Shown here in pieces: positions 35,625 to 46,900 of a stretch of 64,000 nucleotides of DNA. Source of the stretch: Prorocentrum cordatum (Eukaryota); the NCBI GenBank assembly GCA_963575745.1, contig CAUYUJ010000298.1:1-64000 (forward strand). The letters are read 5' to 3'. A program made the translations under genes and the position numbers. How positions within the stretch are numbered: the stretch's first letter is position 1; every line of letters starts with the position of its first letter. The notes below the pieces were generated by a model. That model ran no database searches. It was not told the origin of the DNA and saw nothing but the letters and a program-made list of their open reading frames with translations.

Positions 35625-38030
35625 TTGGCCGACCCGACCAGAAAGGACAATGTTCCCGGAGAGCTCGCTGAGAGCTAAAGGGTTTAAGATTAGAAGCCGG
35701 ACGGTGGTGGTGCCTGCCAGGAGCTCCTCCACGGCGGTCCACAGGCCTCATAGAAACTCCGGCGGCCCGGCAGCGCGTCCGGGGGAGCTTCCGGCAAGCT
35801 TCCACGCGTGCCTGCATGCGTGCAGGCACGCATGGAAGCGTTTCTGGCAGCGCTTCCACTGCGCTCCAGGGAGGCCCCCCAAGGCTCTCCATGAAAGATT
35901 CCCGGAGAGCTCGCTGAGAGCTAAAGGGCTTAAGATTAGAAGCCGGACGGTGGTGGTGCCCGCCAGGAGCTCCTCCACGGCGGTCCACGTTCCCCGCAGC
36001 GGCTCCGGTGACCCGGCAACTGGTCCGGGAGAGCTTCCGGCAAGCTTCCACGCGTGCCTGCACGCGTGCAGGCACGCATGGGGGCGTTTCTGCCGGCGCT
36101 TCGGCAGCGCTGCAGGGGAGCTTCCCAGAGCTCTCCAGGAAAGATTTCCCGTCCCCAAAGGGTTTCTTCGCTCTCCGGGTTTTGGACGCTACCATACCTC
36201 GTAGAGCTCTTCGGCATCGATGAGCTAGAGGAATAACTCGTAGAGCTTCCCTTAGCAAGTTGTTGCTGGAAGCTTAAGAGAAATTCCGGGGCGCTGGAGA
36301 GCTAGTTGGCAGGACAAATCTCGACGGACCTTTTGGTGACTTTTGGTCGGTTGAAAAATTTGTTCTCGAAATTCAACCATTCGTTAGGGCTCTAGTATTT
36401 TTTCCCGTGATATTCGATCTTATTCCCGCTCGCCATCTTGATCTCAGCTCGATCGGGTACCTTTTACTGCCAAAAAGCACACGGGCGGGATCGGCCGTTT
36501 CGAGTCATCTTGATACGCGTTGTCGGTTTTCTCAAGATAACTCGAGTTTCAGGACAGCTACAGAGCTGGTAAGCACAGCTAATCGGTGTCAGAATGATCA
36601 GCCGCGTTCGCCTGTCGAACCCAGAGGTCTGAACTCGGTCTGCTAGCCGAGCTAGGTCCGCAAACCTATTCGTATTATTGGAGTCATCTTGACAGACGCT
36701 CTCGGTTTTCTGTATTTAACTCGAGCTACAGGACAGCTACAGAGCTGATGCGTACAGAATCTGATTCAGAATCATCATTCGCGTTTGTCTGTCCAATCCA
36801 GAGCTCTGAACTCGGTCTGTCGCCCGATCTAGAATCGCGAAACTATTCGTATTGTTCGAGTCATCTTGAGAGATGCTGTCGGTTCTCTGCACTTAACTCG
36901 GGCTGTAGGGGGGCTGCATGGCTGGTAATGACAGGAATCGATTCGGAGACATGAGGCGCGTCCGCCTTTCGAATCCAGAGCTCCGAACTCTGTCTGCTGC
37001 TCGAAGTAGGTCCGCGAAACTATTCGTATTGTTCGAGTTATCCTGAGAGGTGCTGTGTGTTTCCTGCACTTAACTCGGGCTGTAGGGGGGGCTGCAGGGC
37101 TGGTAATCACAGGAATCGATTCAGAGACATCAGACGCGTCCGCCTGTCGCATCGAGAGGTCTGAACTCGGTTTGATACTCGAGCTAGGTTTGCCAAACTA
37201 TTCGTATTGTTCGAGTCATCTTGAGAGGTGCTGTCGATTTACGCACGTAACTCAGGCTGTAGGAGAGCTACAGAGCTCGTACAGAAGACTATCCAGAAGC
37301 ATCGGGGGCGTTCGGCTGTTGCATCCGAAAGGTCTGAAATTGGTTGGGCTGAAAAATTATTTTTTCTGTGTTTTTTTTTTCGACATTATATGTTGTCAGG
37401 AAGCTCTACGAGTCCCCCGGCGGTAACAAGGGTTGACGGTTTACCGCCGGCGCCCAGTTGGCCGACCCGACCAGAAAGGACAATGTTCCCGGAGAGCTCG
37501 CTGAGAGCTAAAGGGCTTAAGATTAGAAGCCGGACGGTGGTGGTGCCTGCCAGGAGCTCCTCCACGGCGGTCCACAGGCCTCATAGAAACTCCGGCGGCC
37601 CGGCAGCGCGTCCGGGGGAGCTTCCGGCAAGCTTCCACGCGTGCCTGCATGCGTGCAGGCACGCATGGAAGCGTTTTTTCTGGCAGCGCTTCCACTGCGC
37701 TCCAGGGAGGCCCCCCAAGGCTCTCCATGAAAGATTCCCGGAGAGCTCGCTGAGAGCTAAAGGGCTCGAAATTAGAAGCCGGACGGTGGTGGTGCCCGCC
37801 AGGAGCTCCTCCACGGCGGTCCACGTTCCCCGCAGCGGCTCCGGTGACCCGGCAACTGGTCCGGGAGAGCTTCCGGCAAGCTTCCACGCGTGCCTGCACG
37901 CGTGCAGGCACGCATGGGAGCGTTTCTGCCAGCGCTTCGGCAGCGCTGCAGGGGAGCTTCTCAGAGCTCTCCAGAAAAGATATCCTGTCCCCAAAGGGTC
38001 TCTTCGCTCTTCGGGTTGGCCGCTACCATC
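34418..38030 (+). repeat. Tandem duplication of a ~1.82-kb composite unit (F2 + F1 fragment + two F3)
   Basis: 34418-~36200 and 36234-~38030 share module order and junctions. Track ORFs 35012..35335 and 36829..37152 translate identically (offset 1817). Confidence 0.9.
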
Positions 38031-38200
38031 CCTCGTAGAGCTCTTCGGCATCGATGAGCTAGAGGTGGAAGCTTACGCTGGAAGCTTTAGAGTGATTCGT
38101 AGAGCTTCCCTCAGCTAGTTGCTGGAAGCCTAAGAGTAATTCCGGCGCGCTGGAGAGCTAGTTTGACAAGAAAAATCTCGACGGAACTTTTGGTGACTTT

Positions 38201-38526
38201 TTCCCGGAGAGCTCGCTGAGAGCTAAAGGGTTTAAGATTAGAAGCACGACGGTGGTGGTGCCCGCCAGCAGCCCATCTCCGCCGGTCCAGAATTCTCGCA
38301 GCAGCTCGTTCGACCCGGCAACGTGTCCGGGAGAGCTTCCGGCAAGCTTCCACGCGTGCCCGCGCGCATGCAGGCACGCGTGGAAGCGTTTTTGGCAGCG
38401 CTTCGGAAGCGCTGCCGGGGAGCCCCCCAGAGCCCCAGAAGAGCTTCATGCGTGCTTCCGTGGGCTTGCCAGAAAGGTTTTCCGGTGTGTGTTCTCTTTG
38501 CTCTCCGGGTTTTGGACGCTATCAAG
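38201..38526 (+). mobile_element. F3 element, full-length (326 bp), inserted in an F2
   Basis: TTCCCGGAGAGCTC…GGACGCTATCAAG. The empty site restores ggtgacttt|tggtcggttg with no TSD. Confidence 0.9.
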
Positions 38527-39986
38527 TGGTCGGTTGAAAATTATGTTCTCAAAATTCAACAATTCATTAGAGCTCTAGTATCTTTTCCCGTGATATTCGA
38601 TCTTATTCCCGCTCGCTATCTTAATCTCAGCTCGATCCGGTGAATTTACTATCAAAAAGCACTGTGGCGGGATCGGCCGTTTTGAGTCATCTTGAGACGC
38701 GCTGACGGTTTCCTGAACATAACTCGAGCTTTAGGACAGCTTCAGAGCTGGTAATCACAATGCAGAATGATTAGGCGCGTTCGCCTGTTGAATCTAGAGG
38801 TCTGAACTCGGTCTGTTAGCCGAGCTAGGTCCGCAAACCTATTCGTATTATTGGAGTCATCTTGACACGAACTCTCGGTTTTCTGTACTTAACTCGAGCT
38901 GTAGGACAGCTACAGAGCTGATATATTCACATAAGCCGATTCAGAATCATCAGTTGTGTTTGCCTGGCGAATCCAGAGCTCTGAACTCGGTCTGCTGCCC
39001 ATAGAATCGCGAAACTATTCGTATTGGTCAAGTCATCTTGAGAAGTGCTCTCGGGATTCTTCACTCAACTCGCGCTGAGGAGGCTACAGTGCTGGTGGTC
39101 ACAGAAGTCGATTTGAAGACATCAGGCGCGTCCGTCTCTCGAATCAAGATCTTGGAACTCGGTCTGCTGCCCGAATTAGGTCTGCGAAACTACTGTATTG
39201 TTCGAGTCATCCTGAGAGGTGCTGTCGGTTTTCTGCACTGAACTCGGGGTAGGGGGCTGCAGGGCTGGTAATGACAGGAGTCGATCCGCAGACATCAGAC
39301 GCGTCCGCCTGTCGCATTCAGAGGTCAAAAAATATTCACTATAAGTCGGAATGTTGGTAGTGCTGTCGGTTTTCTCAACTTAAGTCGAGCTAGGAAGCTC
39401 TACGAGTCTCCCGGCGGTAACGAAGGTTGACGGTTTACCGCCGGCGCCCAGTTCCGGAGAGCTAGTTGGCAAGAAAATCTCGACGGACCTTTTGGTGACT
39501 TTTGGTGTTCTCAGAATTCAACTATTCGTTAGAGCTCTAGTATTTTTTCCCGTTATATTCGATCTTATTCGCTCTCGCCATCTTGATCTCAGCTCGATCG
39601 GGTAGCTTTTACTGCCAAAAAGCACACGGGCGGGATCGGCCGTTTCGAGTCATCTTGATACGCGTTGTCGGTTTTCTCAAGATAACTCGAGCTTCAGGAC
39701 AGCTACAGAGCTGGTAAGCACAACTAATCAACTCAGAATGATCAGCCGCGTTCGCCTGTCGAACCCAGAGGTCTGAACTCGGTCTGCTAGCCGAGCTAGG
39801 TCCGCAAACCTATTCTTATTATTCGAGTTATCTTGAGAGACGCTCTCGGTTTTCTGTACTTAACTCGAGCTACAGGACAGCTACAGAGCTGATACGTACA
39901 GAGTCTGATCCAGAATTATCAGTGGCCATTGTCTGTTGAATTCAGAGCTCTGAACTCGGTCTGCTGCCCGATCTAGAATCGCGAAA

Positions 39987-40312
39987 CTTGATAGCGTCCA
40001 AAACCCGGAGAGCAAAGAGAACACACACCGGAAAACCTTTCTGGCAAGCCCACGGAAGCACGCGTGAAGCTCTTCTGGGGCTCTGGGGGGCTTCCCGGCA
40101 GCGCTTCCGAAGCGCTGCCAAAAACGCTTCCACGCGTGCCTGCATGCGTGCGGGCTCGCGTGGAAGCTTGCCGGAAGCTCTCCCGGACACGTTGCCGGGT
40201 CGAACGAGCTGCTGCGAGAATTCTGGACCGGCGGAGATGGGCTGCTGGCGGGCACCACCACCGTCCGGCTTCTAATCTTAAACTTTTTAGCTCTCAGCGA
40301 GCTCTCCGGGAA
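39987..40312 (-). mobile_element. F3 element, full-length (326 bp), inverted near-copy of 38201-38526
   Basis: The empty site restores aatcgcgaaa|ctatt with no TSD. Near-identical reverse complement of the 38201 copy. Confidence 0.9.
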
Positions 40313-40804
40313 CTATTTGTATGCTTCGAGTCATCTTGAGAGATGCTGTCGGTTCTCTGCACTTAACTCTGGCTGTGGGGGGGCTGCATGGCTGGTAATC
40401 ATTGTAATCGATTTGAAGACATCAGTTGCGTCCGCATTTCGAATCCAGAGCTCCGAACTCTGTCTGCTGCCCGAACTAGGTCCGCGAAACTATTGGCATT
40501 GTTCGAGTCACCTGAGAGGTGCTGTCAGTTTCCTGCATTTAACTCGGGCTGTAGGGGGGCTGCAGGGCTGGTAATCACAGCAATCGATTCGGAGACATCA
40601 GGTGTGTCCGCCTGTCGCATGCAGAGGTCTGAACCCGGTCTGATACTCGAGCTAGGTTTGCCAAACTATTCGTATTGTTCGAATCTTGAGAGGTGCTGTC
40701 GATTTACGCACGTAACTCGGGCTGCAGGAGAGCTACAGAGCTCGTACAGAAAACAATCCAGAAGCATCGGGGGCGTTCGGCTGCTACATCGGAGAGGTCT
40801 GGAA

Positions 40805-41199
40805 TACCTCGTAGAGCTTTTCGGCATCGAGGAGCTAGAAGAATTCCGGCGCGGGGTGGAGCTAGTTGGTCGACCCGATCAGAAGGACAATGTGACAACT
40901 TTTGGGTGGTTTTGCAAATATTTGAAAGATATTTGACCATTTATTTTGAGAAAGTAGATTTTTCGCACCTGCGAACGACTATGAGGGCCTCTCCGTCTTC
41001 ATATGAGCTCTCTAGGTGCACTTTTACTATCAGAACACTTGGCGAAACCAAGTTCATGTCGACATGAAAAAAATGTTTTCTCTTTTTCGAAAAATCCTTC
41101 CAGAAGCCCTCTCTTTTGATGCTGAGCACTCTTACGCGTGCAAGGAGCTCTACGAGGTTCCCGGCGGTGACCAGGTTGACGGTTCACCGCCGGCGCCAG
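40805..41199 (+). mobile_element. F1 element, full-length
   Basis: 5' T-ACCTCGTAGAGCT. Subterminal GAGCTCTACGAGGT, hairpin CCGGCGGTGA…TCACCGCCGG and end CGCCAG before T. Confidence 0.85.
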
Positions 41200-42133
41200 T
41201 AATACCTCGTAGAGCTCTTCGGCATCGATGAGCTAGAGGAATTCCGGCGCGGGGTGGGGCTAGTTGGTCGACCCGGCCAGAAAGGACAAAGTGGTAACTT
41301 TTCTGGGTGGTTTTGCAATTTTTTGAAAGATATGTGACAATTCATTTTGATAAAGCAGATTTTTACTCCGAGCATTGGTATCTTAGCTTTGTTCTCTGAG
41401 CAGCTCTACTATCGAAACACTTGGAGGAACCATCTTCATGTCGACACGAAAAAAAACAATTTTTCCCTTTTTTGAGAAATGTTTCGATAAGCTCTCTCTT
41501 TCGGTTCTGAGCACTCTTACACGTAAAAGGAGCTCTACGAGGTTCCCGGCAGTGGCCAGGTTGACGGTTCACCGCCGGCGCCAGTTCCGGGGCGCTGGAG
41601 AGCTAGTTGGCAAGAAAAATCTCGACCGACCTTTTGGTGAGTTTTGGTCGGTTGAAAATTTTGTTTTCGAAATTCAAGCATTCGTTAGGGCTCTAGTATT
41701 TTTTCCCGTGATATTCGATCTTATTTCTGCTCGCCATCTTGATTTCAGCTCGATCGGGTACCTTTTACTGCCAAAAAGCACTCTGGCGGATCGGCCGTTT
41801 CCAGTTATCTTGATACGCGCTGTCGATATATTGGACTCAACTAGAGATATAGGACATCTACAGAGCTGGTAAGCACAGCTCATCGATTCGGAATGATCCG
41901 GCGCGTTCGTCTGTTGCATCCAGAGGTCTGATCTCGGTCTGCTAGCCGAGCTAGGTTCGCAAACCTATTCGTATTATTCGAGTCATCTTGACAGGTGCTC
42001 TCGATTTTCTGTACTGAACTCGAGCTATAGGACATCTACAGGGCTGACACGTACAGAAATCGATTCAGAATCATCAGGCGCGTTCGTCTGTCGAATCTAG
42101 AGCTCTGAACTCAGTCTGCTGCCCGATCCAGAA

Positions 42134-43359
42134 TAACTCGTAGAGCTTCCCTTAGCAAGTTGTTGCTGGAAGCTTAAGAGTAATTCCGGGGCGCTGGAGA
42201 GCTAGTTGGCAAGAAAAATCTCGACGGAGCTTTTGGTGACTTTTGGTCGGTTGAAAATTTGATTCTTAAGATTTAACCATTTGTTCGAGCTCTAGTATTT
42301 TTTCCCGTGATATTCGATCATATTCCCGCTCGCCATCTTGATCTCAGCTCGCTCGGGCACCTTTTACTGCCAAAAAGCACTCCGGCAGGATCAGCCGTTT
42401 CGAGTTATCTTGATACGCGGTGTCGGTTTTCTCAAGATAACTCGAGCTTCAGGACAGCTACAGAGCTGGTAAGCACAGCTAATCGATCCAGAATGATCAG
42501 GCGCGTTCGTCTGCTGAACCCAGAGGTCTGAACTCGGTCTGCTAGCCGAGCTAGGTCCGCAAACCTATTGGTATTATTCGAGTCATCTTGACAGACGCTC
42601 TCGGTTTTCTGTACTTAACTCGAACTACAGGACAGCTACAGAGCTGATACGTACAGAGTCTGATTCAGAATCATCAGTGGCTGTTGTCAGTTGAATCAGA
42701 GCTCTGAACTCGGTCTGCTGCCCGATCTAGAATCGCGAAACTATTCGTATTGGTCGAGTCATCTTGAGAGATGCTCTCGGTTCTCAGCACTTAACTCGGG
42801 CTGTAAGGGGGGCTGCATGGCTGGTAATCACTGGAATCGATTCGGGGACATCAGGCGCGTCCGCCTTTCGAATCCAGAGCTCTGAACTCGGTCTGCTGCC
42901 CGAACTAGGTCCGCGAAACTATTCGTATTGTTCGAGTTATCCTGAGAGGTGCTGTCGGTTTCCTGCACTTAACTCGGGCTGTAGGGGGGGCTGCAGGGCT
43001 GGTAATCACAGGAATCGATTCAGAGAGATCAGACGCGTCTGTCTGTCGCATGGAGAGGTCTGAACTCGGTCTGATACTCGAGCTAGGTTTGCCAAACTAT
43101 TCGTGTTCTTCGAGTCATCTTGAGAGGTGCTGTCGATTTACGCACGTAACCCGACCTGTAGGAGAGCTACAGAGCTCGTACAGAAGACAATCCAGAAGCA
43201 TCGGGGGCGTTCGGCTGTTGCATCCGAGAGGTCTGAAATTGCTTGGGCTGAAGAAACTAGTTTTTTTCTGTGTAATTCTTTCAGACATTATATGTTGTCA
43301 GGAAGCTCTACGAGTCCCCCGGCGGTAACAAAGGTTGACGGTTTACCGCCGGCGCCCAC
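42134..43359 (+). mobile_element. F2 element, full-length, inserted at A^T inside another F2
   Basis: The empty site restores gatccagaa|tcgcgaaactg, matching the monomer consensus, with no TSD. Confidence 0.9.
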
Positions 43360-46300
43360 TCGCGAAACTGTTCGTATTGTTCGAGTCATCTTGAGAGATG
43401 CTGTCGGTTTTCTGCACTGAACTCGGGCTGTAGGGGGGCTGCAGTGCTGGTGGTGACATCAATCGATTTGGAGACATGAGGCGCGTTCGTGTGTGGAATC
43501 CAGAGCTCGGAACTCGCTCTGCAGCCCGAAATAGGTCTGCGAAACTGTTCGTATTGTTCGAGTCATCCTAAAAGATGCTGTCGGCTTTCTGCACTTAACT
43601 CGGGCTGTAGGGGGGCTGCAGGGCTGGTAATCACAGAAACCGATTCGGAGACATCAGGCGCGTCCGCCTGTTGCATTGAGAGGTCTGATAATCGAGCTAG
43701 ATTCGCGCAACTATTTGTATTGTTCGAGTGATCTTGAGAGCTGCTGTCTGTCGATTTTCGCACGTAACTCGGGCTGTAGGAAAGCTACAGAGCTCGTAGA
43801 GAAGACCATCCAGAAGCATCGGGGGCTGTTCGGCTGTTGCGTCGAGGTCTGAAATCGCTTGGGCTGAAAAACTATACGTTATCTGCAATTTTTTTCGACA
43901 CTATATTTTGTCAGGAAGCTCTACGAGTCTCCCGGCGGTAAGAAAGGTTGACGGTTTACCGCCGGCGCCCAGTTCCGGGGCGCTGGAGAGCTAGTTGGCA
44001 AGAAAAATCTCGACGGACATTTTGAAGACTTTTGGTCGGTTGAAAATTTTGTTCTCAAAATTCAACCATTCGTTAGAGCTCTAGTATTTTTCCCGTGACA
44101 TTCGATCATTTTCCCGCTCGCCATCTTCATTTCAGCTCGATCGGGTAGCTTTTACTGCCAAAAAACACTGCGGCGGGATCGGCCGTTTCGAGTCATCTTG
44201 ATTCGCGCTGTCGGTATACTGAACTTAACTCGAGATATAGGACAGCTACAGAGCTGGTAAGCACACCTCATCAGGCGCGTTCAGCTGTTCCAACCAGAGG
44301 TCTGAACTCGGTCTGCTAGCCGAGCTAGGTCCGCAAACCTATTCGTATTATTCGAGTCATCTTGACAGGCGGCGTTCGGTTGTTGCATACGAGAGGTCTG
44401 AAATTACTTGGGCTGCAGAACTTTTTTTTTGTGTAGTTTTTTTCGACATTATATGTTGTCAGGAAGCTCTACGAGTCCCCCGGCGGTAAGAAAGGTTGAC
44501 GGTTTACCGCCGGCGCCCAGTAACTCGTAGAGCTTCCCTTAGCAAGATATTGCTGGAAGCTTAAGAGCAATACTTCGTAGAGTTCTTCGACATCGATGAG
44601 CTAGAGGAATTCCGGCGCGGGGTGGAGCTAGTTGGGCGACCCGGCCAGACAGGACAAAGTGACAACTTTTGGGGGTTGATATTTGACCATTCATTTTGAG
44701 AAAGCAGATTTTTCGCACCTGCAGACGACTATAATGGCCTCTGCGTCTTAATATGAGCCCTCTAGATGCACTTTTACTATCAAAACACTTGGCGAAACCA
44801 ACTTGATGTCGACATGAAAAAAAACATGTTTTCTCTTTTTCGAGAAATGCTTCCAGAAGCCCTCGCTTTCGATGCTGAGCACTCCTATGCGTGCTACGTG
44901 CTGTACGAGGTCCCCGGCGGTGACCAGGTTGCCGTTTTACCGCCGGCGCCAGTTCCGGGGCGCGGGAGAGCTAGTTGGCAAGAAAAATCTCGACGGACCT
45001 TTTGATGACTTTTGATCGGTTGAAAATTTTGCTCTCGAAATTCTTCGTTAGAGCTCTAGTATTTTTTCCCGTGATATTCGATCTTATTCCCGCTCGCCAT
45101 CTTGATCTGAGCTCGATCGGGTACCTTTTACTGCCAAAAAGCGTCGAGGCGGGATCGGCCGTTTCGGGTCATCTTGTCACGCGCTGCCGGTTTTCTCAAG
45201 ATAACTCGAGTTTCAGGACAGCTACAAAGCTGGTGCGCACAGCTAATCGATTCAGAATGATCAGGCGCGTTCGCCTGTTGAACCGAGAGGTCTGAACTCG
45301 GTCTGCTAGCCGAGCTAGGTCCGCAAACCTATTCGTATTATTCGAGTCATCTTTACAGACGCTCTCGGTTTTCTGTACTTAAGAGCTGATACGTACAGAA
45401 TCTGATTCAGAATCATCAGTGGCTCTGTTGAACTCAGAGCTCTGAACTCGGTCTGCTGCCCGATCTAGAATCGCGAAACTATTCGTATTGTTCGAGTCAT
45501 CTTGAGAGATGCTGTCGGTTCTCTGCACTCAACTCGGTTTGTGGGGGGCCTGGTAATCACTGGAATCGATTCGGAGACATCAGGTGCGTCCGTCTTTCGA
45601 ATCTAAAGCTCCGAACTCTGTCTGCTGCCCGAACTAGGTCCGCGAAACTATTCGTATTGTTCGAGTCATCCTGAGAGGTGCTGTCCGTTTCCTGCACTTA
45701 ACTCGGGCTGTAGGGGGGCTGCAGGGCTGGTAATCACAGGAATCGATTCAGAGACATCAGACGCGTCCGCCTGTCGCATGCAGAGGTCTGAACTCGGTCT
45801 GATACTCGAGCTAGGTTTGCCAGACTATTCGTATTGTTCGGGTCATCGTGAGAGGTGCTGTCGATTTACGCACGTAGCTCGGGCTGTAGAAGAGCTACAG
45901 AGCTCGTACAGAAGACAATCCAGAAGCATCGGGGGCGTTCGGCTGTTACATCGGAGAGGTCTGAAATTGCTTGGGCTGAAAAACTATTTTTTCAGTGTAA
46001 TTTTTTTCGACATTATAGGTTGTCAGGAAGCTCTACGAGTCCCCCGGCGGTAACGAAGGTTGACGGTTTACCGCCGGCGCCCAGTTCCGGCGCGGGGCGG
46101 AGCTAGTTGGTCGACCCGGCCAGAAAGGACAAAGTGGTACCTTTTGGGTGGTTTTGCAATTTTTTCAAAGATATTTTACAATTCATTTTGAGAAAACAGA
46201 TTTTTCGCACCTGTAAACGACTATGAGGGCCTCTCTGTCTTAGTATGAGCTCTGTAGGCGCACTTTTACTATCAAAACACTTGGCGGAACCTTCTTCATG

Positions 46301-46502
46301 TCGACACGAGAAAAAATCATTTTTTCTCTTTTTCGAGAAATGCTTCCAGAAGCTCTCTCTTTCGACTCCGAGCACTCTTACGCGTGAAATGAGCTCTACG
46401 AGGTTCCCGGCGGTGACCAGGTTGACGGTTCACCGCCGGCGCCAGTTTCCCGTCCCCGAGATTCTCTTTGCTCTGCGGGTTTTGGACGCTGCCATGACAA
46501 CT

Positions 46503-46900
46503 TACCTCGTAGAGCTCTTCGGCATCGATGAGCTAGAGGAATTCCGGCGCGGGGTGGAGCTAGTTGGTCGACCCGGCCAGAGAGGACAAAGTGGTAACTT
46601 TTGGGTGGTTTTGCAATTTTGGGGGAGATATTTGACAATTCATTTTGAGAAAGCAGATTTTTCGCACCTGTAAACGACTATGAGGGCCTCTCTGTCTTAG
46701 TATGAGCTCTGTAGGCGCACTTTTACTATCAAAACACTTGGCGGAACCTTCTTCATGCCGACACGAAAAAAATTTGTTTTCTCTTTTTCGAGAAATGCTT
46801 CCAGAAGCTCTCTCTTTCGACTCCGAGCACTCTTACGCGTGAAATGAGCTCTACGAGGTTCCCGGCGGTGACCAGGTTGACGGTTCACCGCCGGCGCCAG
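46503..46900 (+). mobile_element. F1 element, full-length (398 bp)
   Basis: Both termini, the 14-bp asymmetric inverted repeat and the 3' hairpin are intact. Confidence 0.85.
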
